Shown: positions 52,157 to 62,960, counted from the first letter of the stretch. The stretch: DNA of 64,000 nt from an uncultured Holophagales bacterium (GCA_963842525.1 CAWJGT010000014.1:160001-224000), one strand, 5' to 3'. Notes: generated by a model not told the origin, from the sequence alone. A program made the numbers and translations.

Positions 52157-52363
52157 CTCACCCCCTGTCCCCCTCTCCCATCGCCCCCCCGCCGGCCGGG
52201 AGAGGGGGGACGCATGCGAAGCGTTCGAGGCAAGGACGTTCCGATTTCTCCTCCGCCAACTTGCCCGATCGCACTCTGCCAGGTTCGCCGTATATTGCCT
52301 CCTCTACGTCCCCCCTCTCCCGGGGGAAGGGGGGGCGATGGGAGAGGGGGACAGGGGGTGAGG
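52157..52363. repeat. CCTCACCCCCTGTCCCCCTCTCCC inverted doublet
   Basis: Long inverted arms; related copies at 55178-55308 and 62961-63127. Confidence 0.85.
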
Positions 52364-52448
52364 CCCCAAAACCCCCGACCCTCCTCGTCCGTATGGGTAT
52401 ACTCGAAGAGACCCCCGGGCGCCCGGGGATGTCCGAAGGAGCCGACGA

Positions 52449-53282
52449 GTGGCCAATGAGAGCGCGACCGGGCGGGACATCATCCTCGCCATCGCGGACA
52501 ACATGCGACAGAGCCTCGAGCCGCTGGTCACCGAGACCATCGCGCCGAGCCTGTACCAGGTCTACCTCCACGGTGAGGACTACGACCGCCTGCGCACCCT
52601 CTTCTCCAAGCTGGAGGCCGAGGCCCAGAAGCTGCTCGACGCCGAGCTCGAGCGGCTGAATCACGGCTCGACCCCGGTCTTCAAGCGCCTCCTGGGCCGC
52701 AAGGAGACAGGCGAGCCGTCCATGCGCTACCTGAGCGCCGAAGGCCGGTGGTACATCCGATTCCAGGAGGACCCGAACGGCCGGCTCAACCCGGGCGACG
52801 TCGAGGTGGTCTCCGAGTTTGCCCAGCTCCCGTCGGAGGGCTACGGGTCCGGCTCCAAGACCCGCCGCATCTCGACCACCCGCCGCCTCGGCCAGACGGT
52901 CAGCCGGCGGGAGATGACCGACACGCAGACGGCCTGGGCCCGCATCAATTATCAGGACAACCGCGGGCCGCAGACCTATCTGATGACCAAGGACGAGATC
53001 GTCATCGGCCGCGAGGCTCCGGACGTCTGGGTCGACCTCCGCCTCGACACGCTGCCGGACGTCTCGCGCGAGCACGCCCGCCTGCAGCGCCTCCCTACGG
53101 GTCAGTTCCGCTTGAAGGACCTCTCCAAGCTGGGCACCACGGTGGACCGCGCGCCCATCCCGCGCAGCCTGGAGACGGTGAGCGGCGAGGCGCGCGACCT
53201 GGACCGCTGGCAGGACCTCCCGGGCAAATGCCGCATCGGCCTCGCCGGGGTCGTCTATCTGGACTTCGAGAAGCTGGCATGA
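52449..53282 (+). CDS. FhaA-like protein (N-terminal DUF3662-like and FHA domains)
   Basis: IVIGR, VSREHARL, KDLSKLGTTV. Confidence 0.88.
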   Translation: MANESATGRDIILAIADNMRQSLEPLVTETIAPSLYQVYLHGEDYDRLRTLFSKLEAEAQKLLDAELERLNHGSTPVFKRLLGRKETGEPSMRYLSAEGRWYIRFQEDPNGRLNPGDVEVVSEFAQLPSEGYGSGSKTRRISTTRRLGQTVSRREMTDTQTAWARINYQDNRGPQTYLMTKDEIVIGREAPDVWVDLRLDTLPDVSREHARLQRLPTGQFRLKDLSKLGTTVDRAPIPRSLETVSGEARDLDRWQDLPGKCRIGLAGVVYLDFEKLA

Positions 53283-53395
53283 CGACGCTCTATTACGCCC
53301 GCTGGGCGTTCCTGCTCGTCCTCCTGGTCCTGGCGGTGGTGCTCGTCGGCCTGGCGGTCTTGGAACGCGGCGGGAGGAACGGGACACGGCTTTGA
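53279..53395 (+). CDS. 38-aa single-TM peptide
   Basis: ATGA and TTGA overlaps with both neighbours; one hydrophobic helix. Confidence 0.65.
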   Translation: MTTLYYARWAFLLVLLVLAVVLVGLAVLERGGRNGTRL

Positions 53396-55158
53396 GCCCG
53401 CGGGGTCCGATCGCCGCGGCCGGCTCGGATGCGGGACGCGAGCGCGACATCAACGAGGACCGCGTCCTCGCCGAGACCGACAAGGGGATCTTCGCGGTCA
53501 TCGACGGCGTGGGCGGCGAGTCCGGCGGCGAGGTGGCCGCGCAGACCGCCCTCGACGTGCTCCGTGCCCGGCTCTCCCGGCGCACCACCGAGGTGGAACG
53601 GCTGGTGCGCGAAGCGATCGCCCAGGCCAACAAGCAGATCTGGGAGCGCGCGCAGGCCGAGCCCGAGCTCGCCGGCATGGCCTGCGTCCTGACCGTCGCG
53701 GTGCTCGACGGCACGGAGGCGACGGTCGGCCACGTCGGCGACAGCCGGCTCTACCTGCTGCGGCGCGGTGAGATCCGCAAGATGACCCGCGACCACTCCC
53801 CGGTGGGCATGCGCGAGGACGCCGGCGAGATCTCCGAGGCCGAGGCCATGCGCCACCCGCGGCGCAACGAGATCTTCCGCGACGTCGGCTCCGCCCCTCA
53901 CGAGCCGGACGAGGAAGGTTTCATCGACGTCCTGCGCGTGCCCTTCGATCCCGAGAGCGCGCTCCTGCTGTGCAGCGACGGCCTTTCCGACCTGGTGCCG
54001 TCGTCCCGCATCCTGGAGGTCGTGGAGCGCCGGGCCGGCAATCCCAAGGCCGCGGTGAAAGAGCTCCTCGCGGACGCCAACGAGGCGGGCGGCAAGGACA
54101 ATATTTCGATTGTGCTGGTCGAAGGGGAGCGCTTCGCCGACAGCATCCGGCGGGGCTCCGGTGATCGCAGAAAAGAAGTGAGCGCCGACACCCGGCGGCT
54201 GGGAGGAGACGACACCGCGGTGACCCCAGGAGTGTCCGGCTCGTCGGGGCCGCGGCCGGTGATCCGCGGCGCGGGGCGGGCCAAGCTCTCGGCAGGGGAG
54301 CGCTGGATCGAGGCGCTCACCGGCCGGACCGCCATCCTCCTCTACATCCTGATCCTGGTGGCCGCGGCCCTGTTCCTCCTGCGCGAGCCGCTGCGGGATG
54401 TAGTGAGCCGCTGGTGGCTCGGCGGTCCAGGCGCGCCGGACGCCCCGGCGCTCCTCCGCATCGGCCCGGGCGCCGCCGACCTGTCCATCACGGATGCCCT
54501 GGCGCAGGCGCAGCCGGGGCAGACGATCCAGGTCATGCCGGGCGAATACCGCGAGACGATCCAGCTCAAGGACGGGGTGCGGCTGGAGAGCGCGACGCCG
54601 CGCGGCGCGGTGATCCGGACCCCGCCGGGCGTCGCCCTGCCCGCGGTCTCGGCCGAGGGGGTCCAGCAGGCCCGCTTCGCCGGGTTCCGCATCGTGGGCA
54701 ATGCCGAGGCCCCGCTCACCGTCGGGCTGCGGCTGGCCGGCTCGGCCGTCGAGGTCGAGGACGTGGAGATCAGCGGGGCCACGACCGCGGGGGTCGAGGT
54801 CTCCGGCGCCGACCGGTCTGCCGTCCAGTTCTCCTTCATCCACGACAACCCCGGGACCGGCGTGATCGTCCGCGACCAGGCGGCACCGCGCCTGCAAAGG
54901 AACCTGATCGCGAGCAACGGTGGCGGGCAGGGCGCGCAGGGCGATCCGCGGCCGGGTGTCGAAGTCCGCGGTGCGGCCCGGCCGCAGCTCATCGACAACC
55001 GGATCGAGGCCAACGCCGCCGCGGGGGTGTGGGTGCCCTCGGCCGACCGCGTGGACGAGATCTTCGGCTTCAATGCGTTCGGCTCGCTGACCAAGGAAAA
55101 GGCCGTGCGCGTCGCGCCGAAGCCGGGAGAGACGCCGCCGAGGAGGCCAGGACGATGA
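53392..55158 (+). CDS. PP2C phosphatase-TM-right-handed beta-helix
   Basis: NED, DGVGG, HVGDSR, CSDGL, GGKDN; TM; beta-helix repeats. Confidence 0.92.
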   Translation: MSPRGPIAAAGSDAGRERDINEDRVLAETDKGIFAVIDGVGGESGGEVAAQTALDVLRARLSRRTTEVERLVREAIAQANKQIWERAQAEPELAGMACVLTVAVLDGTEATVGHVGDSRLYLLRRGEIRKMTRDHSPVGMREDAGEISEAEAMRHPRRNEIFRDVGSAPHEPDEEGFIDVLRVPFDPESALLLCSDGLSDLVPSSRILEVVERRAGNPKAAVKELLADANEAGGKDNISIVLVEGERFADSIRRGSGDRRKEVSADTRRLGGDDTAVTPGVSGSSGPRPVIRGAGRAKLSAGERWIEALTGRTAILLYILILVAAALFLLREPLRDVVSRWWLGGPGAPDAPALLRIGPGAADLSITDALAQAQPGQTIQVMPGEYRETIQLKDGVRLESATPRGAVIRTPPGVALPAVSAEGVQQARFAGFRIVGNAEAPLTVGLRLAGSAVEVEDVEISGATTAGVEVSGADRSAVQFSFIHDNPGTGVIVRDQAAPRLQRNLIASNGGGQGAQGDPRPGVEVRGAARPQLIDNRIEANAAAGVWVPSADRVDEIFGFNAFGSLTKEKAVRVAPKPGETPPRRPGR

Positions 55159-55177
55159 TGCACTGGCGCCGCGAGAG

Positions 55178-55308
55178 CCCCTCACCCCCCTGGCCCCCCT
55201 CTCCCATCCGCACTCCCGCCCGCACGGGAGAGGGGGGAAGGGATCTGTCAAAGCTCCCCTCTCCCGGGGGTTGGGGAGTGCGGATGGGAGAGGGGCCGGG
55301 GGTGAGGG
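55178..55308. repeat. CCCCTCACCCC/CCTCTCCC inverted doublet
   Basis: Intergenic inverted arms. Confidence 0.8.
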
Positions 55309-55339
55309 GTCTGCCCCCACAGGACGAGGTAGAGACGAC

Positions 55340-57643
55340 GTGTTGACGCAGCATCAGGTCGGCCGGTTCGAGATCCGGGACTTCCTCGGCCGCGGAGCCA
55401 TCGGCGACGTCTATCTCGCCTGGGACCCGCAGCGGCAGGGGGAGGTCGCGATCAAGCTCGTCCGCCTCCGCGGGACCGATCCCGAGATGCTGGACGCTGA
55501 GAAGAACGGCCTCCTCCTCCAGCGGCAGCTCGCCGAGGTGGCCTCCCAGGTCGCTTGCGTCTATGAGCAGGGGGAGGACGGTCCGTATTTCTGGGCCTCG
55601 ATGGAGTACGTGGCCGGAACCGATCTCTCGGACATCCTGGAGAATGGACCGCTGCCCGAGGAGCGCGCCGCCCGCATCGCCCACCAGATCTGCAGCCTCC
55701 TGGAGGTCACCCATCAGTTCTCCACCGAAGTTGGCGGGCGCCCGTCCGCGGGAGTGGTCCACGGCGACATCAAGCCGGAGAACATCCGCCTCCAGGACGG
55801 CGACCTAGTGCGCGTCCTGGACTTCGGGATCGCCAAGCACCTCTCGCAGACCCGGAAATTCACGGTCAACCTCTTCGGGAGCCTTCCCTACACGCCGCCC
55901 GAGCGCCTCGACCGCGGCGCGGTGGACTATCACTCGGACCTCTGGGCCGTCGGGGTCGTCCTCTACCGGATGGTGGCCGGGCGGTCGCCCTACTCCGGCA
56001 CCGATCCAGAGGAGCTGGAGAACCGCATCCGGCGCGGCGAGGCCCCCGAGCCGCTGCCGCGCGACGTGGCGCCGGGGCTGCGCCGGATCGTCCAGAAGTG
56101 CCTCGCCTTCCGGGTCGAGAACCGCTATCCCACGGCCGCGGCCTTCCGGGCCGACCTGGAGGCGTGGTTGGAGGGCCGGCCGCTGGCCGCCGAAGCCACT
56201 CCCGCCGAGACGGCCGAGGACCTGAACCTCACCCGCCGGACGGTCCGGCCGCTGGACGACGGCGACCGGACCCATTCGACCGTGGGCAGCGAGACGCGCA
56301 GGACCGACCTCCCGCCGGTCCCCATGGGCCGCGAGGTCGAGACCACCCGCCGCACCGGCGATCCGGACGCCGTGCCGCCGCCTCCTCCGATCCCGTTCTC
56401 TGAACCGGGAGACGCCGCGCCCGTGGAGGAAGCCGCTGCCCCGGAGCCCCGCCGGTACCGGCCCCGCAAGCGATGGCTCGTCGTCGCCGGCGTGCTGCTG
56501 ATGCTGTTCGGCGTTTCGCAGCTCTGGGTGCGCGGCGAGGCGCGGGAGATCCGGCAGATCCTCACGACCGAGAGGGACCCGGACCTCGACGGGCTTCTCG
56601 CCCGGTATCAGGGGATCGCCCGCTGGGACCCGTTCGGCCTGGGCCTCGGCGCCGCACGAGAGGAGCTGCGGGACGCCTTCGTCCGCGCGAGCGAGACCAC
56701 GATGGCCGCCTATCGGGGGGACAGCCCGACGACCACCGAACGCGGCTGGCAGCGCGCCTACGAATATCTGCAAGCGGCGCAGAACATCTCCTATACCGGA
56801 GGGACCCGGACCCATCTGCTCTACATCCGGGCCCAACTCGACCGCATCGAAGCCCAGGCGCTGCGGGCACGCGGCGAGACCGATCCGGCGCAGAAACGGA
56901 GCGAGGAGGCGATCTCCGGCTTCCGCACGGCGGCGCGACGGGACAAGGCCTTCGCCGACCCCTTCCTCGGCCTGGCACGGATTTACGCGTATGACCGCTT
57001 CGACCTCGACAAGCTGCGGGAGTCGCTCACCGAGCTCGAGCGCCGCGGCTACAAGCCCGGCCGGCGCGAGAAGGCCATGCTCGCCGACGGCTACCGCATG
57101 AGGGGGATCGAGATCCAGAACCGGGCCCTCCGCGAGCCGGAGCCCGACGACCAGATCAGCTCCCTGGAGTCGGCGCGCGACCACCTGGTGAAGGCGGTGG
57201 ACCAGTACGACGAGATCGGCGGCTATGCCAACGTCCGCACCAACCGCGCCGATGCCGAGCGGCGGATCGCCGCCATCGACCGGCGGCTCAACGAGCTCGG
57301 CCATCCCGACGTCTGGGACCGTTTCCGCGGCGTTCTCGAAGACCAGATCCTGCCCCAGATCGAAAAGGGGATGCGCAATGGCAGGGTGAAGATGGACACG
57401 AACGAGAGCAACGACGACCTCGAACGGGAACGCAAGGCGGTCGAGGAGGAAAGGCAGGCGATCGACCGCGAGCGGAGAGCGCTCCAGCAGGCCCGGAGGA
57501 GACAGCAGAGACAACAGGACCAGAGGCAGCAGCGGCAGGGCGAGGAAGCGGAGATCCCGGACGTCGAGGTCCAGGACGAGACGGGGACCGAAGGGACTCC
57601 CCCGCCTCCCTCGTCGCCGGGACGGGCGATGGCGGCATGCTGA
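55340..57643 (+). CDS. Membrane Ser/Thr protein kinase 1
   Basis: LGRGAIGDVY, VAIK, HGDIKPEN, DFGIA, TM, helical extracellular domain. Confidence 0.93.
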   Translation: MLTQHQVGRFEIRDFLGRGAIGDVYLAWDPQRQGEVAIKLVRLRGTDPEMLDAEKNGLLLQRQLAEVASQVACVYEQGEDGPYFWASMEYVAGTDLSDILENGPLPEERAARIAHQICSLLEVTHQFSTEVGGRPSAGVVHGDIKPENIRLQDGDLVRVLDFGIAKHLSQTRKFTVNLFGSLPYTPPERLDRGAVDYHSDLWAVGVVLYRMVAGRSPYSGTDPEELENRIRRGEAPEPLPRDVAPGLRRIVQKCLAFRVENRYPTAAAFRADLEAWLEGRPLAAEATPAETAEDLNLTRRTVRPLDDGDRTHSTVGSETRRTDLPPVPMGREVETTRRTGDPDAVPPPPPIPFSEPGDAAPVEEAAAPEPRRYRPRKRWLVVAGVLLMLFGVSQLWVRGEAREIRQILTTERDPDLDGLLARYQGIARWDPFGLGLGAAREELRDAFVRASETTMAAYRGDSPTTTERGWQRAYEYLQAAQNISYTGGTRTHLLYIRAQLDRIEAQALRARGETDPAQKRSEEAISGFRTAARRDKAFADPFLGLARIYAYDRFDLDKLRESLTELERRGYKPGRREKAMLADGYRMRGIEIQNRALREPEPDDQISSLESARDHLVKAVDQYDEIGGYANVRTNRADAERRIAAIDRRLNELGHPDVWDRFRGVLEDQILPQIEKGMRNGRVKMDTNESNDDLERERKAVEEERQAIDRERRALQQARRRQQRQQDQRQQRQGEEAEIPDVEVQDETGTEGTPPPPSSPGRAMAAC

Positions 57644-59640
57644 CACAGCCGAAGGTCGGCCGGTTCGAGGTCCTGGGCCTCCTCGGCCGTGGGGCGGTCG
57701 GGGACGTCCACCTCGCCCGCGACCCCCTGACGGGCTCCGAGGTCGCCCTCAAGCTGATCCACATCGCCGCCGCCGATCCCGAGATGCTACAGGCCGAGAA
57801 GAACGGCGCCGTGCTGCAGAGGCAGCTCGCGGAGGCGGTCCCCCAGGTCGCCGCCGTCTACGACCTGGGCGAGGACGATCCGTACTTCTGGGTCGCCATG
57901 GAGCACGTCTCCGGCGTCGACCTCTCGATGTTGACCGCGGCCGGCCCCGTGCCCGAGGAGCGGGCGGTCCGCATCGCGCTCCAGCTCTGCGCGATCCTCG
58001 ACGCCGCGCACCGCTTCTCCGCCGAGATCGAGGGGGGCCGCGTAGCCTGTATCATCCACGGCGACATCAAGCCGGAGAACATCCGCCTCCAGGACGGCGA
58101 TCGCGTCCGCATCCTCGATTTCGGGATCGCCAAGCAGCTCTCCCAGACCCGCAAGTTCACGGTCAACCTCTTCGGCAGCCTCCCCTACACGTCGCCGGAG
58201 CGGCTGGAGCGCGGGGTGGTCGATCAGGCCTCGGACCTATGGGCCACGGGGGTCGTCCTCTACTGCCTGGTGAGCGGACGGCCTCCCTATGCCGGCCGTA
58301 CCGGCGAGGAGCTGGAGGTGAAGATCCGCCGCGGCGAGCCGATCGAGCCGGTGCCGGAGGCCTCTCCCGAGCTCGGCCGCATTCTCCGCAAGAGCCTCGC
58401 CTTCCGGCCGGAAGACCGCTATCCGACCGCGGCCGCCTTTGGCGCCGACCTCGAGGCCCTCCTCGCAGACCGCCCGGACATGCCCGCGGCCGACCCGGTC
58501 CCGGTCGAGGACCTTCATGCGACGCGGTACACCGCCAAGCCGCCGGAGGCCGCGGCCGGCGTCGAGACCCGCCGGACCGTCCCGCCTGCCGCACCTGCCG
58601 CACCTGCCACAATGAACGCGGCATCACCCTGGGCCCGCGGAGGCCGGAGACTCTGGGGGTCCGCCCTTCTCCTGCTGCTCCTCGGCCTTGCGGGCACGCA
58701 GGCCTGGGTCCGTAGCGAAACACGGAACATCGAGCGCGAGCTCGCGGTCGAGCCTGTCGCCGATCTCGACGCGACCCTGGCGCGCTATCGCAACGCCGCC
58801 CGGCTCTCCCTCTTCGGCCTGGGCCTCGGTCCGGTGAGCGAGGAGCTCCGGCAGGAGCTGGTCCGAAGCGCCGAGGGGATCTTCGCCGGCTACCGGGGCG
58901 ACGCGCCGACCACGACCGACCGCGATTGGCAGCGGGCCCACGACTATCTGCGGACGGCCCTCGACATCGGCTATGACGATACCGAGGGCAACGCCCGCCT
59001 GACCTATGTGCGCGCGCACCTCGACCGCCTGGAGGCACAGGCGCTGCGAACGCGCGGCGAGGCCGCAAAGGCCCGTGCAGCGAGCGAGCGGGCGGTCCAG
59101 GGTTTCCAGCAGGCGGCGCAGGCCGACAAGGATTGGCCGGACCCTCACCTGGCCCTGGCGTGGATCTACACCTACGACCGCTTCGACCTCGACCGGCTCC
59201 AGCAGACGATCGGCCATCTCGCGCGCCGCGGCTACCCGCTCGGCAAGCGGGAGACCGAGATGCTCGCCGACGGCTTCCGGACGAGAGGGATCGAGCTCCA
59301 GGAGCACGCCAGTCAGGTGACGAAGCCGGAAGACCGGAAAGCCGACCTCGCCATGGCGCGGGCCTTCCTCGGCCAGGCGCTGGAGTACTACGCCCGCATC
59401 CGCGGCTATTCGAACAGTGAGGCCAACCGCGACGACGCCGCGCGCCGGCTGGCCGAGGTGCGGCGGCGGCTCGCGTCGGGAGCCGCGGACAGGATCCGGA
59501 ACGCGCCTGGGGTTGAAACCCCAGGCTGGGCAGCGTCGCCTCCTCTGGAGGCGAGGGGTGGGCAGGGGGAGTCGCCCGGAGGGGCGAAGTTATCCAGCCT
59601 GGGGTTTCAACCCCAGGCGAGGAGAGATGCATGGGTGTGA
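57637..59640 (+). CDS. Membrane Ser/Thr protein kinase 2 (tandem paralog)
   Basis: Same motifs and architecture as kinase 1. Confidence 0.93.
   Translation: MLTQPKVGRFEVLGLLGRGAVGDVHLARDPLTGSEVALKLIHIAAADPEMLQAEKNGAVLQRQLAEAVPQVAAVYDLGEDDPYFWVAMEHVSGVDLSMLTAAGPVPEERAVRIALQLCAILDAAHRFSAEIEGGRVACIIHGDIKPENIRLQDGDRVRILDFGIAKQLSQTRKFTVNLFGSLPYTSPERLERGVVDQASDLWATGVVLYCLVSGRPPYAGRTGEELEVKIRRGEPIEPVPEASPELGRILRKSLAFRPEDRYPTAAAFGADLEALLADRPDMPAADPVPVEDLHATRYTAKPPEAAAGVETRRTVPPAAPAAPATMNAASPWARGGRRLWGSALLLLLLGLAGTQAWVRSETRNIERELAVEPVADLDATLARYRNAARLSLFGLGLGPVSEELRQELVRSAEGIFAGYRGDAPTTTDRDWQRAHDYLRTALDIGYDDTEGNARLTYVRAHLDRLEAQALRTRGEAAKARAASERAVQGFQQAAQADKDWPDPHLALAWIYTYDRFDLDRLQQTIGHLARRGYPLGKRETEMLADGFRTRGIELQEHASQVTKPEDRKADLAMARAFLGQALEYYARIRGYSNSEANRDDAARRLAEVRRRLASGAADRIRNAPGVETPGWAASPPLEARGGQGESPGGAKLSSLGFQPQARRDAWV
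59503..59619. repeat. REP-like inverted pair inside the kinase 2 3' end
   Basis: CGCCTGGGGTTGAAACCCCAGGCTGG ... CCAGCCTGGGGTTTCAACCCCAGGCG. Confidence 0.8.
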
Positions 59641-62600
59641 CCCTCAGCACCGCCGCCGAGCGCCGGCGGCGGCAGGCGCCGGCCGGCGTCCCGGGCCTCG
59701 GGCCCGCTCCCCGCGACCGCGAGACCCTGTTGCTCGCCGGCGCCCTGGTGGTCCTCCTCCTGGGCCTGGTCCTGGTCTATAAGGCGGTCACCCACCCGTT
59801 CGCCGAGGCCCAGGCGGCGATCGCCCGGGGGGACATCGTCGACCTCCAGACGCTCCGCCAGCCCGAGCAGCTCCTGCCGCTCCTCGCCTTCCTCGACGAG
59901 CCGGCCGAGCGGACCTTCGTGGCCCGCCGCATCTTCCGCCGCCTCCAGGAAGGGCCGGTGCCCAACGCCGGCGAGCTGGCGAAGATCCGGGTCCCCCTCT
60001 CCGAGATCGCAGACGCATCGAGCCTGCCGGTCCTGAGCAGGCGGGCCGAGGGGGTGCAGGCCCCGACCATTTCCCTGCTCACCTACGCGCAGCTCCGCGA
60101 GCTGAAGCCGCACGTCGTCGTGCGCAGCCCCGGGACCTTCAAATCCCGGTTCTGGCTCTGGGCTCTTCTGCTGCTGGCCGGCTTCCTCGTCCTCCATGTG
60201 GTCTGGCGGGTGAAGCGCTACCCAGGGGACGAGCTGCTGCTGCCGATCGTCTTCATCCTCTCCGGGCTCGGCCTGCTGCTGATGGCGAGCATCCGCGATC
60301 CGCTGCGCGACACCCTCCTCTTCCGGACCTTCGCGCAGGGCGTCCTCGCCGGCTGCGCGCTGCTGCTCGCCGGCAGCTTCCTCGACGTCGAGCGCTCGCC
60401 GCTGCGCCGGACGACTTTCGCCCCCCTCGGCCTGGCCGTCCTCCTCTCCATTCTTCTGATCCTCTTCGGCTCGGGCCCCGGAGGGAGCGACGCCAAGGTC
60501 AACCTGTTCGGGTTCCAGCCGGTCGAGGCGGTCAAGATCCTGGTCGTCCTCTTCCTCGCGGGCTACTTCTTCGACCGCTGGGAGCTCCTGCGCGAGCTGA
60601 CCGAGCGGCGGGCCGGCCTCTCGGTGCTCCGGCGCTGGGTGCAGGTCCCGAAGATCGAGTACGCGGCGACGCCCATCGCCGCCATCGGCCTGGTGCTCGT
60701 CTTCTTCTTCCTGCAGAAAGACCTGGGCCCGGCGCTGGTGCTCTCGTTCCTCTTCCTCATCCTCTGGACCGTGGCGCGCGGCCGGGGACTGATGTTGGCC
60801 GTCGGAGCCGCCCTGGTGGCCTCGGCCTTCTGGATCGGCTACAAGCTCAACATCCCGCGCACGGTGAGCGGCCGCCTGGCCATGTGGGTTTCGCCGTGGG
60901 ACAACAGCTTCCGAGGCGGCGACCACCTGGCGCAATCGCTCTGGGCCATGGCGACCGGATCGCTGACCGGGACAGGCCTCGGCCTCGGCCAGCCCGGCGT
61001 GGTGCCGGAGGTCCACACCGACATGGTCCTGGCCGCGGTGGGCGAAGAGCTGGGGTTCGTGGGCGTCCTCACGATCCTCGCCCTCTACGTCGTGCTGATC
61101 TGGCGCGGCTTCCGGGCGGCCTACCGGGCGAGCGGGCTCTACAGCTTCTTCCTCGCGCTGGGCCTCACCCTGCTCCTGGCCCTCCAGATGCTGCTGATCG
61201 CGGGCGGCGTCCTCGGGGTCTTCCCGCTCTCGGGCGTGGTCTCGCCGTTCCTGAGCTCCGGCCGGTCGGCCATGCTCGCCAACTTCCTGATCGTGGGCCT
61301 CCTCCTGGCCATCTCGGCGCGGCCCGGCGACGGCTCGGCGGCCCGGCGGTTCCACGGCGCCGTGCGCTGGGTGGCTGTGGGCCTAAGCGTGCTGGCCGTG
61401 GGGATCGTGCTCAAGGCAGCCTTCGTCCAGGTCGTCCGGCCGAACAACTACCTCGTCCGCGGTGCCCTGACCCTGCAGGCGGACGGCTGGCGGCGCTTCC
61501 AGTACAACCCGCGGCTGGCCGAGATCGCGGACACCATCCCGCGCGGCTCGATCCTCGACCGCAACGGCATCCCGCTGGCGACCAGCGAGCCCAAGGAGCT
61601 GGACCGCCACCGGGCGACCTACGAGCGGCTGGGCAGCTCCCTCGAGCGGATCTCCGGCCGGCCGGGCACGCGGCTCTACCCCTTCGGCGGCAAGACCTTC
61701 CATCTCCTGGGGGACCTCCGCAACCGGGTCAACTGGGCGGCGAGCAACACCTCCTACGCCGAGCGGGACTCGCGCATCCGGCTCCAGGGCTGGGACGACT
61801 ACGCCGCGGTCGTCGAGGTGCGGCAGCCCACGGGCGAGATGTCCGAGCTGGTGCAGGTCGACTACAGCGAGCTGATCCCCCTCATGCGGCACCGCCACCA
61901 GCCCGAGCACCCGGACGTGCAGAAGGTCCTCAAGCGCGACCGCAACCTCCGGATGTCGATCGACATCCGGCTGCAACTGCGGGCCGCCGCGATCCTGGAA
62001 CGCTACGCCGAGCAGTCCGGCCACGGCGCCGCGGCGGTGGTCCTCGACGCCGGCACCGGCGACCTCCTGGCCAGCGTGAGCTATCCCTGGCCGGAGCGGC
62101 TGCCGGTCAAGGCTTCCGAGGACCCGAAGGAGGGGGTCATCGACCGCGCGCGTTACGGTATCTATCCGCCGGGCTCGACCTTCAAGCTCGTCACGGCCAT
62201 GGCGGCCTTGCGCAAAGATCCGGCGCTGGCAAGCCAGGTCTTCGAGTGCGTGCCGCTGCCGGACGGACGGGTCGGCAACCGGGTCCGCGGCTTCGGCAAG
62301 CCGATCCGGGACGATCCCAACGTCCATGCGGCGCACGGACGGGTGGACCTGGAGAAGGGCATCCGGGTCTCGTGCAACGCCTACTTCGCACAGCTCGGCA
62401 CCCTGGAGGTGGGCCCCGAGCCGCTCCTGGAGACGGCGAAGCTCTTCGGCATCTCGGTGGCGCAGCCGAACAGCGCGGAGCAGCTCGCGAAGTCGCTCCC
62501 CCAGTCCTCCTACGGCCAGGGGCAGGTGACCGCCACGCCGTTCCAGATGGCGCGGGTGGCCGCGACCGTGGCGAACGGAGGCCGGATGCCGCAAGGCCGC

Positions 62601-62960
62601 TGGGTGATCGACGACAGTAACGAGAGGAAAGCCGAGCCGATCGACGTGCTGACCGGTCCGCCCATCCGCCTCATCGCCCGTTCCATGCGCGGGGTGGTGA
62701 CCACCGGAACGGCCGCCGCTCTGGCGGGCATCCAGCCGCCGGTCGCCGGCAAGACCGGGACCGCCGAAGTGCAGGACAAGCGCTCCCACTCCTGGTTCGT
62801 GGCCTTCGCGCCCTTCGGAGCCTCCACCGAAGGCCAGCCGCCGGGGCGGAAGATCGCGGTGGGCGTGATCGTCGAGCACGGAGGCTATGGCGGCAGGCTC
62901 GCCGTGCCCGCGGCCGGAGAAATCATTCGTGCCGCGGCGGACCTGGGGTTGATACAGTGA
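59631..62960 (+). CDS. FtsW/RodA SEDS glycosyltransferase fused to a class B PBP transpeptidase
   Basis: FQPVEAVK, QKDLG, PEVHTD, GEELG, PLSG..PFLS.G; then PGSTFK (SxxK), SCN, KTG. Confidence 0.94.
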   Translation: MGVTLSTAAERRRRQAPAGVPGLGPAPRDRETLLLAGALVVLLLGLVLVYKAVTHPFAEAQAAIARGDIVDLQTLRQPEQLLPLLAFLDEPAERTFVARRIFRRLQEGPVPNAGELAKIRVPLSEIADASSLPVLSRRAEGVQAPTISLLTYAQLRELKPHVVVRSPGTFKSRFWLWALLLLAGFLVLHVVWRVKRYPGDELLLPIVFILSGLGLLLMASIRDPLRDTLLFRTFAQGVLAGCALLLAGSFLDVERSPLRRTTFAPLGLAVLLSILLILFGSGPGGSDAKVNLFGFQPVEAVKILVVLFLAGYFFDRWELLRELTERRAGLSVLRRWVQVPKIEYAATPIAAIGLVLVFFFLQKDLGPALVLSFLFLILWTVARGRGLMLAVGAALVASAFWIGYKLNIPRTVSGRLAMWVSPWDNSFRGGDHLAQSLWAMATGSLTGTGLGLGQPGVVPEVHTDMVLAAVGEELGFVGVLTILALYVVLIWRGFRAAYRASGLYSFFLALGLTLLLALQMLLIAGGVLGVFPLSGVVSPFLSSGRSAMLANFLIVGLLLAISARPGDGSAARRFHGAVRWVAVGLSVLAVGIVLKAAFVQVVRPNNYLVRGALTLQADGWRRFQYNPRLAEIADTIPRGSILDRNGIPLATSEPKELDRHRATYERLGSSLERISGRPGTRLYPFGGKTFHLLGDLRNRVNWAASNTSYAERDSRIRLQGWDDYAAVVEVRQPTGEMSELVQVDYSELIPLMRHRHQPEHPDVQKVLKRDRNLRMSIDIRLQLRAAAILERYAEQSGHGAAAVVLDAGTGDLLASVSYPWPERLPVKASEDPKEGVIDRARYGIYPPGSTFKLVTAMAALRKDPALASQVFECVPLPDGRVGNRVRGFGKPIRDDPNVHAAHGRVDLEKGIRVSCNAYFAQLGTLEVGPEPLLETAKLFGISVAQPNSAEQLAKSLPQSSYGQGQVTATPFQMARVAATVANGGRMPQGRWVIDDSNERKAEPIDVLTGPPIRLIARSMRGVVTTGTAAALAGIQPPVAGKTGTAEVQDKRSHSWFVAFAPFGASTEGQPPGRKIAVGVIVEHGGYGGRLAVPAAGEIIRAAADLGLIQ

